Source: Lama glama (lineage: Eukaryota). Taken from it: a stretch of DNA of 64,000 nucleotides. Positions within the stretch are counted from its first letter, which is position 1; each line of letters begins with the position of its first letter. Where the stretch lies: positions 57,600,001 to 57,664,000 of the forward strand of contig CM052817.1 in NCBI GenBank assembly GCA_028534125.1. Direction: 5' to 3'. Both the position numbers and the translations under genes were made by a program. Below the pieces are notes generated by a model. That model saw nothing but the letters and a program-made list of their open reading frames with translations. It searched no databases and was not told the origin of the DNA. Below, piece after piece: positions 27,210 through 40,178 of this stretch.

Positions 27210-27896
27210 TGTTGGGGAAATACAACTAAAAACAAGATCTTCTCCCAACCCAGAAAGCCTCTCCAAAAAGACAGTGAAGAAAATAATTTTACTTCTGAAT
27301 AAGCATAAGAATATGATGTACATCATAGGCAGGCCACTAAGGGGTGGCAAAGATAGAAAGAATCTCAGCCTTTTAAAGACTTACACAGATACAACTGATT
27401 ACATACATGTTCTCAAGAGAATAACTAATCATCAGATAAGAGGACTTAATAGCACCATTTCTTACACGCAGTCCATCCTAGTTTCATCTGGTAACTGGGG
27501 TGACCATCTGTGCTAACTCACTGGCTTTACCAGAGAAAAAATTAACTTCCCATATCTTTATAACAGGAGATAGTTTTGCAGCTTGGAGCAAGACATCCAC
27601 TGAAGTTAGCTTCCTACCTTCCTATGGAAACTGGGAGATGAGCTTTTTTTTTTTAATGTTCACATTTTAAGGAGATGTCTTTCAGGTCCTTGAGAGAGAC
27701 AAGTTTGGTCATAAAGTTGGCAAAAGTCCCGTCTAGTTTTCAAAAGGATTTGTATACATTTCAAAAAGAAGAGAAAAAACTTATAATTACAAGTTTTCTA
27801 AAGTAAATACTCTAAGAAAAAGTGATGGTAAATCTGTTCTCTTATTTTTAACAGGGACAGTTAAGCCTCTTATTTTAATTTGTATTTGTCTTTCCA
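27210..27896 (-). mobile_element. ERV1 solo LTR (MER34-like)
   Basis: TG...CA termini with a 4-bp TSD TTAC (27206-27209 / 27897-27900). MER34-like text (ttctcccaacccagaaagcctctcca, gagatgtctttcaggtccttgag). Confidence 0.8.
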
Positions 27897-29139
27897 TTAC
27901 TTATCAGACACATTTCTGGCAAATTCTATTCTCTGGCACAATAACTTGACATTTCTAAGTATTATGACTCCTCCTTAACATAAATGTATACACACACACA
28001 CAGAGTCTCTTTGTGATAGTACTTGTGTATTTATTACCTACTTATTGAGAAAATGCATACTAATCAAACACTACTATCAATTCAGATACTCTTTTAGATC
28101 AATTTGTGTTTTTCACTCCAAATATTATCTACATCCATTTTAAAATGAGTAGCATCTTTGTATGCAAAGCGTAATGGTTCATCTAATAAAGTTACATTCC
28201 TTGAAATAACTCAACAGCTCCCACTCCATCAGTGGCTCAAAATATGGAAATCAGTAGTATTAACTAAAATAGCTTCTGATCAGCTGAAATTGTTAAAAGG
28301 ATTACCTAGGCACTGAAATTTTACATTTCAATATCAAATTGCATTTCAGAATCAATTACTTGACTAACAAGGAATGAGCCCCAGAGTTATTCCTCATTTA
28401 GCTCTTCCTGATTCCAATTTACACAAAATTTGGCAGATCTGATTATCTGAAGTAGAAAACCATTGTAGAGAGGGTCTGCAACAGGGAATAACTAATAAAA
28501 GAAGTGTAGAGGATAAAATTGTCACGTCTGAGATTGACATTATATTTGATGAATCACTAGGGAGCTTCAATAAAGGTCAACTAATATCCAGAAACTTTTG
28601 CCTAAAAGAAAATGAATAATACAAATAGATTTTCTTTTCAAATCAGTTGATGCTTTTTTGAGACATTTGATGGTTAAAAGAGCTTGCCCTTTAAGACACT
28701 CTCCTCTAACACCTTTCTTCCCCTGTTATGAAATGTACTTACTTGGGACTCTCGTTTCTCCAGTGAAACTTCAAGCTAGATAGTTTTAATTGTGGAGTGA
28801 CTATGGTGCCTTCTGTCTCAAATGGAGTTTTAATATTTTCCTATTTAATATGGCTGCCCTAAGAATGGGAATCGAGGCTTGTGGCAGGGGCTAGGGTTGT
28901 GGTGATGTTTGTGGGGTGTAATTTTCCTGAGTTCGGGTAGCCATCATCATTCCTCAGCCTTACCCCAGGCTTGGGGATTATTGGGAAGGACTGGCCATAA
29001 AAATGTCCAGCAGTTCTGATAAGATCTCTATGCTGTACGTCGAAATTATTGATTCCTGGAGTGAAATATTTACCCAGAACAGGAATAAGCTGCATGTATC
29101 AGCTTATAATATATATATATCTCCTATATATATTTACCA

Positions 29140-29670
29140 TTTTAAATATTTTGAGCAAAAAGGGATATAATATACAGAAGCAGGTGCTTACAAAATTGTG
29201 GACAGGACTAGAGGAGTGGGTTCTAGACTCATCCGAATAACTTCCTCAGTACCATGAACTTGACTGATAGAGGAGCCTTGCCAGCATCTGATGGTAGGAA
29301 GTTAGGAGTCTGCCTCCAGGATTACTGAGTTGAAGAACATACCGCTGTGGTCTCTAGAAAATCAGGAATTTGCTGCCTCCACCCCAGCTGCTTTCAAAAC
29401 CCAGGAGTTTGGTGACTGAAAAGCAGATGCTGTGGAAAAACCTGTGCCTTCAGGACTCCACCTCCTAGCAGAAAATAGCCCCAAACAACAGGAAGATAAA
29501 TTCTTTTTTTTTTCTACCTTCAAATTCTGGAGAAACTGAATTCACCCTGGGAACGCTGGGTATAAAAGAGAGTCTGTGAAATATGATCTTTCGCTTCCCA
29601 GCCTCTGTAGTTCCAAAAAGCCCACTAGGAGAAGGTGGGAACGGATGCTGAGTACAAAAAATTACATTTT
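29140..29670 (-). mobile_element. Old ERVL/MaLR-type LTR remnant
   Basis: ggtgcttacaaaattgtggacaggactagaggag...agagagtctgtgaaatatgatctttcgcttcccagcctct. Confidence 0.45.
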
Positions 29671-29814
29671 ATTTACTGTGGTCATCACATTCAGGAATTA
29701 ACAAAAGCTGGACCTGAAACGAGCATCTCCTTATTCTTTCTACAAAGGTAGAACCTATGTACCCAACAATTATAGTAATATTCTCAAAGCTAGTTAGCAA
29801 TATTGCCTGTGGAA

Positions 29815-30270
29815 TGAACTGTCTCAGCCTGGCTTCTCCCCCAGAGTAGAACCTGAGATAGAAGTTGCATACAGATGGTTTATTTGGGAACTGATCGCAT
29901 GAATAAAAATTAAGAATTGGAGAGTGTAACAGAGGAAGTGAGATTAAGTGCAAATATCATAATTGCAAGTGAGTGGAGTTGATCTTGCCCTGTGGCCTCT
30001 GAGAAGCCATGGAAAATACGATTTAGAATTGGCCCTTTGGTGGTCAACCTACCAGCTTCTCTCAGGTTGTGTGAGTGCCAAGGAACTTGGTGCAAGAGTC
30101 CCTCAAGGTTGTGTTAGAATCTAAGAAATCAAGAGGTAGGCAGTGTAGCTGGGGCAGGTGCTGTGGGGTTGTATCTGCTTGGTGCTGGTTGTCTCAGAAG
30201 GTGGGTGGCCAGGAAGAGGTGAGGGAGGGTATAGAAGGTGTTCAGTTCTATTCATAGCTTGTACCACAGT
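29815..30270 (-). mobile_element. ERVL LTR16/LTR33-like LTR
   Basis: cttctcccccagagtagaacctgagatagaagttgcatacagatggtttatttgggaa. Confidence 0.6.
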
Positions 30271-30424
30271 TTCCTTCATCAAGTTCAATCCATCATGAAG
30301 TCTTTAAGGTAGTATCTGACAATGGTTTCTGGGAATGACATAATAGCAGAGGGTTAGTGAAACATATTAGCACGTCCTATGGCTCTCATCCTATATTTGA
30401 TGAGTGATCTATTTCAGTGTCCCG

Positions 30425-30945
30425 TTGTGAAGATTTGCTTTCTAATTGCATACTGATGATTTATTTGGGACATGATTCCAGGGAGAAAGACTGAGGGACT
30501 GGAGAAAGTACAACAGAGAAGGAAGGAAAGCCATTGTCAAAGTATATTATAAACTGATTACTAAAATGTGTTCCTAGAGTTTGATCCTGCCTTGAACTTC
30601 TGAGGAACTATTAGAAAGAGCCTCAAAATTGCCCACTCGAGGGATGGAAGGAGGGAATATTCACCTATTAGCTCTCATGCTCCTTTGCTTTTGGGTTGAC
30701 TTAAGGCATGTTAGCTCCATCACACATTGAGCCATTCACACCAGTCCCATGTGGGGTGTGAGTTCCCACAGGTGTCCCACACCAAGGCCTTGGGGAGCCC
30801 CAGGGCAGTACAGTGGGGCAAGCGAGGTGAGGTGCTGGCAACTGTCAGGTCACAGCACACAAAGCTTTGTGGAAGCAAAGTCTGGAGTAAAATTTGGACC
30901 AAGAAGAGATAAGGTGCAAAAAGAACCTGGTTCAGTAACAGCACC
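30425..30945 (-). mobile_element. ERVL LTR16/LTR33-like LTR
   Basis: gatttatttgggacatgattccagggagaaagactgagggactggagaaagt. Confidence 0.55.
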
Positions 30946-30949
30946 ACCT

Positions 30950-31680
30950 CTCATGCGGACCATCCCAAGGCCTCCTGACTCCTTCCCACTCTTGCTGTCA
31001 GCAGTCTGTTCTCTGCATAGCAGCCACAGTGGCTATATTTAATGAAGGTTAGCTGCATAATTTCTCTGGTCTCAACTCTTTCGTTGTTCCCACTGGGTTT
31101 CAAATAAAATCCAAAATCCTAGTTATGGCGGTGTTCCTACATGATCTAGCCCCTGTTCAAGTGTGTGGCCTCACTTCCTACTACTCTAGCCCTTGCCCTC
31201 TGGTCTCTACTCTTCCCTCCTTGAGATGCCTCAAAGGTATCAAGCAAATTTCTGTTCAGACTTTTGCATTCGCAGTTTCTTCTGTTTGGAGTGGTCCATC
31301 CTCTCACTTGATTCATACTTCAGTTCACCCCCCAAGGAGACGTCTCAGAACCACCCCTGCTTTAATGCAGTCTCCTGTCGCACCACATGCTCTTCATAGG
31401 TAGGTTTTTCTTCATAGAACTTATTACCTGTGTGTGTGTATATATATGTGTGTGTAATATGTACACATCCATAGCATATATATATGACAGGTAACATACA
31501 TAATATATGATCTATATAAAATGTGTGTGCCTGCTGTATGTGTGTATATGTAAATTTGTTTACTTACTGTCCTTTCACTCACAAGAATAATTGCTACATA
31601 AGGACATGAACTATGTTGAATTTCTCTATTTTCAGTGTCTAGACACGTCCTTGGCACATAGGGTTAAATAAATTAATTAA
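30950..31680 (+). mobile_element. L2 3' end with an internal (TA/TG)n microsatellite (about 31428-31550)
   Basis: aataaaatccaaaatcct, ttttgcattcgcagtttcttctgtttgga, gtgtctagacacgtccttggcacatagg. Confidence 0.8.
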
Positions 31681-33500
31681 ATCAGATCAATGGCACTTGG
31701 GTTGTCAGACAGTAGATTTCCTTTTACTTTTATGTGCAATTCAGAAGCTATGAGTTAATAACGGAAAAAGAAAAGAACGGCATTTCTGTAGTATTTGACA
31801 GTGTCAGCTAACTTCTATACAAGCACAGCCCTAGTCAAATTTGCTTTATGTTCACCTCATAGTCTAATGAGGGCCTTCTGGAACTACAGCAGCCAGGTTT
31901 GATGGTGAATATTCTGTGTTCTTTAAAGTCCTGAAGTCATCTAGCCAGCACTTGGGAGACAGAGCTTGGAGGATTGTGGAGGACATTGTAGGAGCCTATA
32001 CTGGAAATGGCTTATGTGGTTTCCACTAACATCCCACTGTCCAGAATTAAACCTCATGGCTATACCCAACTCTAGGCAAAGTTGGAAAATAGAATTTAGC
32101 TGTGTTCCCAGGAAGAAATGTAACTGTATTATCTCTGTAGCAATAGACATACGGATGATCTTCTGTAATCCTTAAAAATCTCTGAGAGATAAGTACTCTG
32201 TCTTCATTTAGAGATTAAAAAAATCTAACCCTCAGGTTGAGCTACACAACCATAAGATCATAAGGCTAATGATTACATGGCAAAGCCAGGGCTTCCCTCC
32301 AGGTGCTCTGTGCTTTTCCCTGTCATTTTAGGTACTGGAAATTCCAGACAGACCACCAATCGTTTTGATGAGACTGACTTTGCTCATGATTTTATCTCTG
32401 TTTACACATCAATTAAAAGTGCATAGAGAACTTGGAATTGAATATTTTAAAATAGGGTTTGTTAACATAGTGTGCTTTTTCTTTATAGTTCAGTCTCATT
32501 CACTCCAAGCATCTTCATTTATATTACCAATATAGTATTTCAGTACTTTTTAATAATAAAAATAACACAGCAAAACTCTTTTTTCTGCTTTTCCATCAAC
32601 TTGAAAATCATAATTAAAATCTTAGTTGATTATCTGGAGCACATAGACTTATTGATTAATGTTTCTGATTTGTTTCATTTGAATCACTCCCACTTGAATA
32701 GAAACATGAATTGTACTTGATTGCCTTCAGTTGCCAAACACTAATTCTTTAGGAAGAATTATATCCCTGTCAATTAAAGATAATTAAGCACAGCATCAAT
32801 AAAATAATAGATTGAATTTGGATTAGTGAAAGTGTCAGATGTAGTTCAAAGTCAAGTTAGATAATTCTTAGAAAATATCAGCTGGGGGATATTATTTACA
32901 TGGAATTTCTGTTACCTAGGTGCTGGTCCCCAGCTTTGTAAGTCCAGAAACTCTGTGAATAGGCCCCTTAAAATCTCACTCATCAAATAGACTCATGAAA
33001 CACTGATGAGTAAAATAATCCTAATTCTTTATAATAAAGCAATGTACCTGCAGTGCTTAGAGCACTTACTTCCTTTACCTAGGGCACATCTTCTTGTTTT
33101 AAAGATATTGAGGAAACACAATTATAAACCTAATAATTTTATGGAAAATAAAACACTAGGAAATGTTATTAGATAATTTCAAAGGGACATTTTGTCCAGA
33201 AATTGTTAAGAGTTAATAAAATACTTGTGCATCACAAAACTAAAACATAAAACAAAACAATAATAATAAATTTTCCCAAGGGAATGGAAGGCATTTGAAG
33301 ACTAGGTATAATATTTCTATACCTTGAAGAGAGTTGGATAAATACATGACCAAATTCATGTTATCTCTTTCAACATTTTCTGATAATTCATATATCCCAT
33401 CCAGGCCACTCTTTAATTTAATCTTTCTTCACAGAGATTACAAACATTGATAAGATTAGAGTCTTCTGTAATCAAAATTGTTTTTAGGGTAGCAGTATTT

Positions 33501-34203
33501 TTTTTTATTGAGTTAGTCAATTTACAATATTGTGTCAATTTCTGGTGTACAGCAGTTTTTCAATCATACATGAACATACATATATTCATTTTCAAATTCT
33601 TTTTCAACGTGAACTACTACAAGGTCTTGTATATATTTCCGTGTTCTATACAGTATAAACGTGCTTATCTATTCTATATATACCTGTCAGTATCTACAAA
33701 TCTCAAACTCCCAGTCTGTCCCCTCCCATCCCCACCCCCAGCAACCACAAGTTTGTATTCTATGTCTGTGAGTCTGTTTCTGTTTTATATTTAAGTTTGT
33801 CTTCTTTCTCTCTCTCTCTTTTTTTTTTAGATTCCACATATGAGTGATATCATAGGATATTTTTCTTTCTCTTCTGGCTTACTTCACTTAGAATGACATT
33901 CTCCAGGGACATCCATGTTGTTGCAAATGGCATTATGTTGTCATTTTTTATAGCTGAATAGTATTGCATTGTATAAATATACCACCTCTTCTTTATCCAG
34001 TTGTCTGTCAATGGACATTTATGTTGTTTCCATGTCTTGGCTATTGTAAGTAGTGCTGCTATGAACTTTGGGGTGCACGTGTCTTTTTGAATTAGGGTTC
34101 CTTCTGGATATATGCCCAGCAGTGGGATTGCTGAGTCATAGGGTAAGTCTATTTTTAGTCTTTTGAGGAATCTGCATACTGTTTTCCACAATGGCTGCAC
34201 CAA
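33501..34203 (-). mobile_element. Relatively young 5'-truncated L1 (camelid-like) with an open ORF2 C-terminus
   Basis: ORF 33850-34203 reads VQPLWKTV...LPYDSAIPLLGIYP...FIAALLTIAKTWKQ. TSD ttagggtagcagt(a/c)ttt at 33484-33500 and 34204-34220. Confidence 0.95.
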
Positions 34204-34294
34204 TTAGGGTAGCAGTCTTTTTAATGGAAAGAACACAGAATTTGAAATTAGACAAATCTAAGATTAAATCCATTTAACAGCCATTTACCTGATG

Positions 34295-35570
34295 AAATTT
34301 TTTTTCATTTTATTTCACTGTGGTAAGAATATAATATGAAATCCAATCTCAACAAATTGTTAAGTGTATAAAGCATTTTTGTAGGTTATAGACACAAAGG
34401 TGTAAAGCAGATCTCTAGAGCTTATTCATCTTGCTTAACTGAAACTTTATGCCCCTTGATTAGTAATTGCTTGTTCTCTTCAGCCTTTGGCAACCACCAT
34501 TCCACTCTTTGGTTCCATGAATTTGACTATTTTTGATTTTTATATAAGTGGAATTATGCAGTCTTTGTCTTTCCATGACTGACATTTCAGTTAGCATAAT
34601 GTCCTCAAGGTTCATCCATGTTGTTGCATATTGCAGAATTTTCCTTCTTTTTAGAAGGCTGAGTAGTATTCCATTGTATGTATATACCACATTTTCTTTA
34701 CCTTTCATCTTTTGAAGGACATTTAGATTGTTTCCACATCTTGGCTACTACGATGTAGCAATGAACATAGGAGTGCTAATATCTCTTTGGGATCCTAATT
34801 TCAGTTCTTCTGGATGAATACCTAGAAGTGGGATTGCTAGATCATGTGATAGTTTAATTTTTAATTTTTTGAGGAACATTTTTATTGTTTTTCACAGTGG
34901 CTACACCAATATTCATTCCCATCAGCAGTGTGCAAGTGTTCTCATTTCTCCACATCTACACCAATATTTAATGTCTTATTATTTTTTTGATTAGTCATCC
35001 TGACAGATGTGGTTTTGATTCATTGTGGTTTTGATTCATACTTCACTGATGATTAGTGGTGTTGAGGATCCTTTCATATACCTATTGGCCATTTGTATGT
35101 CCTTGTTGAACAAATGTCTATTCAAATCCTTTGCCCATTTAAAAATTGAATTATTTGTTTTTTGAAATTGAGTTGTAGGAGTTACTTATATATGGTAGTT
35201 ACTAACCTCTTATCAGATGGGTGGTTTGCAGATCTCTTCTCCCATTCTGTAAGTTGCCTTTTAATGTTGTTGATTGTTTCCTTTGCTGTGTAGAAGCATT
35301 TTAATTTGAGGTTGTCTAACTTACCTATTTTTGCTTTTTGTTGCCATTACTTTTGGTGTTGTCCCCATGAAATCGTGGCTGAGACCAATGTCATGAAGAT
35401 TTTTCACCTATGTGTCTTCTAGTAGTTTCATGGTTTCAGGTCTTAAAGTCCTTAATCCATTTGAGTTTATTTTTGTGTATGGCATGAAATAGGGGTTCAA
35501 TTTCATTCCTTTACATGTGGATATCCAGTTTTCCCAGCACTATCTGTTGAAGAGACTATCCTTTCTATGG
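34295..35570 (-). mobile_element. L1MA-like ORF2 3' end and 3' UTR
   Basis: Antisense L1 text (tatccagttttcccagcactatctgttgaagagact). ORF 34460-34708 contains YATTWMNLEDIML. Confidence 0.9.
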
Positions 35571-36724
35571 TATAGATAACATAGCACTTCTCTAGAACCC
35601 TCAGAATCTTCTGTTATTGGAGCCTACTATAAACTCCTTATGTATTCTTTTCCTGTCTTAGTTACCCTGGAATTTTTCTTCAGTCAATGAATTCTGAATC
35701 TGAGAACTGGCTTATGTCTGGAAATTATACATGAGATCAGTTGTATTTTTTCATTTTTTTCATATCTTATTATGAATATTATCCAAAATACATAAAAGTT
35801 GAAAGAATTATGCAATGGATACTCTTAAGCTCATCACCAAGATTCTACAACTGATATTTTTCTATAATTATTTATCAACTATGTAACCATCTTACATTCA
35901 TTCCTCTATTAATGTATCAAATAATTGTTGGTGCTTTCAAAGTAATTTGCTTTATCAGTACCCATAACATTTCAGAATGTATATCCTCATCTAGAATTTA
36001 ATATCTTTAAGAATGTTTTCCAAGGTACAGTTCCACACAAATCCATACATTAGAAAAATGACTGTCATATTATTTCTTTTCATTTTTTTATGAATGTCTG
36101 CACTATTTGCATTGCCTGACAAAGGGTTTTTAAATCTATATACCTAGAAAAGAAGAGGGAATAACAGAGTGTTGAAAACAAATGCGACTTTTAGCTCAGA
36201 ACAAAACTGCTCTAAGGGAAAATAACAGAAAAAATTAGCTATTATTTTTATTTATATTGACCAGCTTGACAAGCAAAGAAAATCTTTTCTAAGATGAAAA
36301 ATGTGTTCTTGTCTTTATTTGTATTAGATCCTATTTTCTTCTACACTTAACAAAATTATTTGGTCTATTTTATTTTCTATTTGTCAAATTATAAAGAGTA
36401 GTGAGTATTAAAAGGAACAGTTGCATTTCAGGTCAAGCCATTTACTGATCATACAAAATTCAGAAAAGATAAGTAAGACAAAGTAGATCTTGATGATTTT
36501 GAGAGATTTGTCATTTGAAGATTTTGCTGTCAGTGTGGCTAGTTAAAAGATGCAGACAGCTCTTTTCTCCTCTAAATAATACCAACCAACAGGAAAATAA
36601 TAATAATAATATTAATAGAAAAAAAGATTTGTGGTGGCCTAAGAATTTATCTTTTTTTTTCCATTACCTCTTATAATACTGACTCTTTTCTCTTCATACA
36701 CAATTTATTTGGCCCTTGAGGGAT

Positions 36725-36915
36725 GATGTAGCATATAGTAATGGTATGGGCTTTGTATTCGTGGAGACAAAGATTTACAAAGTGACTTTGCTACTTCTCA
36801 GCTGTGTGCTTGAGGGAGTCTCTCACTTTCTCTAAAAATTTTTTTTCCAGAAAATGGTGGGAAATAATGCCTACTTTAGAGTCTACTTTTGAAAGTGTTA
36901 TACAATCAATATCTC
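36725..36915 (+). mobile_element. MIR
   Basis: gactttgctacttctcagctgtgtgcttgagggagtctctcactttctct. Confidence 0.6.
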
Positions 36916-36929
36916 CTTTTATCACTGAT

Positions 36930-38100
36930 TATGTTATTCAACAGCTATTAATTGAGGAGTTGTTATATTCAGATACTCTGATCTATCTAAAAAATACAGA
37001 GTTGATAAATCCCTAACCTAAAATCACATTTTGCCTAAAAAAGTTAAGAACATAAATAGTTAAGATACTTTGTGATAATACTGTCACAGGAGACACATTC
37101 ATGATGAAGAACGATAGAGTGTGATAAGGAGTAACAGCCAATCTAGCCTTGGGGTGGGGAAGATGTGAGGGAAGTTGGTAAAATCTTTTGGTGGAAGTAA
37201 AATTTGATTTACTCCTCGAAGAAAGACAGATAGTGGGAGTGGACAAGAGAGAAGGTTGTTACAGAAAACAAAAATGACACAAAAGTAGAAAAGAGCATGG
37301 CTTATTTGGGAGTTTTCTATGATTGATAAAAAAGTATATGTAGAAACAGTAAGATAAAGAATGAGGGGAGTAGACAAGGTCCATACGATGAAGGACCTTG
37401 AAAGTTTGGTTAAGAAATCTCATCTTTGAACTAGGGGCCATAAGATACCATTCAGGAATTAAAAGAAGAAAAAGACAAGAATTTTAGGAAATTCAGTGTA
37501 TCAGGATACAGGCATGAGAATAAAATTGGAGAAACTAGTTATGATGTTATCACAGCAGTAGAAACATTCTAATTTAACTAAGTGGTAGTGGAAGTTTTAA
37601 TTGGGGAGAAATTTACATTATGTTAAAGAGATATAACGGATAAGACTTGGTAACTGGATATGAATAATGATGGATTAGAATAAAGATTTGAATTTCTGAC
37701 TTGTGGGTTTGAATGGATGGTGATACCATCCCTCAATATAGGGAACCTAGAAAGAGAGGTAGATTTCAGGAGGAAGATAATGATTTCTTCTTTAGATATA
37801 CTGCACTTAAAGTGTTAACAGAATATTCAAGTGGAAAAACTAGGATATTATATGTGGAAGTGTATTCACTCTACATTGATGTGCACATGCATACATGTAT
37901 AGTTTGGAGTTTCTGAGACGGTCCAGGGTAAGAGAGAAAAGGCAGAATGGAGATTAGTTGCAGTCTTGCTGTGTATGGGAATGCTCAGGGTAATTTTATT
38001 TGCCTAGAAGGAAAGACAGTGTAAATTAGAAGTCTGGAGAATATCAACATTTTAAGGTTGGACAGAGAAAGAGTAATGAAAAAAGATGGACTGTTCAGGG
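36930..38100 (-). mobile_element. L2 (about 1.2 kb)
   Basis: ttattcaacagctattaattgag...ataagacttggtaactggatatg...gaatggatggtgataccatccctcaatataggga. Confidence 0.75.
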
Positions 38101-38169
38101 AATTTGGAGAATAATCAATATTCATTGTTTGTTGGTTTATTCAATGAATATTTCCTAGTCTGCATTGAT

Positions 38170-38670
38170 CCCAGTTCAGTCTGAGATGAAAATATGCATT
38201 CAGTGATCTAATTAGACATGAGCCCAGAGAGCAGAAGTGAGGAATTAGTGGAGTGAAGTAAGAGTGTGTTGTTGAGATGGCCATCATTGTTCCTAACCCA
38301 TGCTCAATCCTCTGGGACTGTTTGAGGAACTCTATGAATGTTTCTCAAGACTGTGTACTCCAGAGTTGAAAAAGAGAAACATTTATCTGTGAAATCCTGC
38401 CTTCCATTGACCAAGGGTAATCCTACAAATTTTCAGTAGCTCATATTCCTGGCTTGTACATGTTTGATTGGGTTCACCTGGGAACCTCATACTGTAGCAT
38501 TAGAAAGGCCCTAGGGCAGGAATTGAGAAATAGGTAGTTGTGGCCAAGGTGAGTTAATTAAGCCATTGCGAATTTGGCTTCTTGAAAGGACCAGGGGCTG
38601 AAATAAGAGGCAGAACTGAGAGGAAAGGAAATGGTACAGCAAAGAGTTCAGTATAGTCTGCTCCTTACAG
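38170..38670 (-). mobile_element. ERVL LTR16/LTR33-like LTR
   Basis: cagtctgagatgaaaatatgcattcagtgatctaattagacatgagcccagagagcagaagtgagg, similar to the copies at 29815 and 30425. Confidence 0.5.
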
Positions 38671-39569
38671 CACTCAAGTCCTCCCTTTTGGGAGTGTTGA
38701 TCCAATTCATCAAAGAATTCCCTTCAAGATGTGGGCCAGCTGCACCTTGGAGCATGGAAGTCCTGGGTCAGGAAGGTGTGTGGTACTGAGCAACATGGGA
38801 TATTGACAGATACAGATGGGGGAAGCTGATCAAGTCCTTGGCTGGAATGAAGGTGAGGCTGAAAGGACATGAGTTTTCTGATACAAGCACTCTGTACCAT
38901 GTTCAGTTCCATGGTGAGCAAGATAAGATTGTCCATACCCTCATGTAATGTATGTTGTAGTGGGGAGAGAGACAAAAAATATAAAACAATTGCAGTAAGT
39001 GCTGAGATAAGAGGAAGACAATATCTAAAATACATTTAAGTGGTTTTGCGGAAAGGAGGAAGTAAGTCATATGATGAAAGGTGGAAAAGCATCCCACAAT
39101 TTGTCTCTTCTATTGGGCTTAGAAAGGTGACTAGGTCACCTTAGAAAGGTGAAAGGTCTAGGAATAGAGAATTGTTTTCCTTACTCTCCATGTCCTTCAC
39201 CTTCTTTGTGTTTTCCACACAAACACTTTTGGCAACTAGGCAAGCTTTTGTCACTTCCTGTGAATCAGCATTTCTGAGTCCACAAGAGGGCTCTGGAGAA
39301 GATTTGCTTGAAATTTGAAACTGTAAAAATGTTAAATAGTGTGAATAGCTCTGAACATTTTGGCTTTCCTCCAGAGTACTCTCCTCTTATCAATAGGGAA
39401 GAAAGAAAAACAAAGCAAGTGAAGTAACAAAAGTGTTCATCTTCATGACCTCTGACATTTTCCATTCATTCATATTCCCAAATGGGCAGTAGGTTAGGAG
39501 ATATATATATATAAACATATCTTCATAGCACATATATATATATATTAAGACACAAAATGTATATATTTT

Positions 39570-40178
39570 TTCTTTCTTTGTTACTGTGGTAAAATACACA
39601 TTGCATAAAATTTACTATCTTAGCCATCTTTAAGTGCATAGTTCAGTATTAAATGCATTCATAATGTTGTTCAACCATCATCACCATTCATCCCCATAAC
39701 CCTTTCATCTTGTAAAACTTAAACTCTGTAACCATTAAACAATGACTCCCCATTCCCCTCTGCCTCTAGATGTTGGCAACCACTATTGTATTTTTCTGTC
39801 TTTATGATTTTGACTACTCTAAGTAACTCGTATGAGTGGAATCATACAGTATTTGTCCTTTTGTGACTGGCTTATTTCACTCAGAGTAATGTCCTCAAGT
39901 CTCATCCATGTTGCAGCATGTATCAGAACTTCCTTCCTTTCTGAGACTGAAGAATATTCCATTGTATGTATAGACCACATTTTGCTTATCCATTCACCCA
40001 TCAATAGGAACTTGCATTGCTTTATTTTAGCTGTTGTGAATAATGGTATGAGTATGAGTGTACAAATGAGTCTTCCAGAGCCTGCTTTCAATCCTTTTGG
40101 ACATAAACCTGGAAATGGATTTGCTGGGTCATGTGGCGATACCTGAAAAAATTAAAAATAGAGTTACCACATGACCCA
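39570..40178 (-). mobile_element. L1MB-like 3' end with a short 5' inversion
   Basis: ORF 39819-40091 contains HAATWMRLEDITLSEISQSQKDKYCMIPLI. An inverted segment lies at about 40140-40178. Confidence 0.9.

Noticed and set aside
28859..29095. 78-aa minus-strand ORF with protein-like composition
   Set aside because: No family recognised, non-ATG start, and no splice signals or supporting neighbouring frames.
39119..39152. Inverted repeat aaggtgac-tag-gtcacctt with a 12-bp direct duplication
   Set aside because: Not a canonical nuclear-receptor element. Probably a local slippage or template-switch event.
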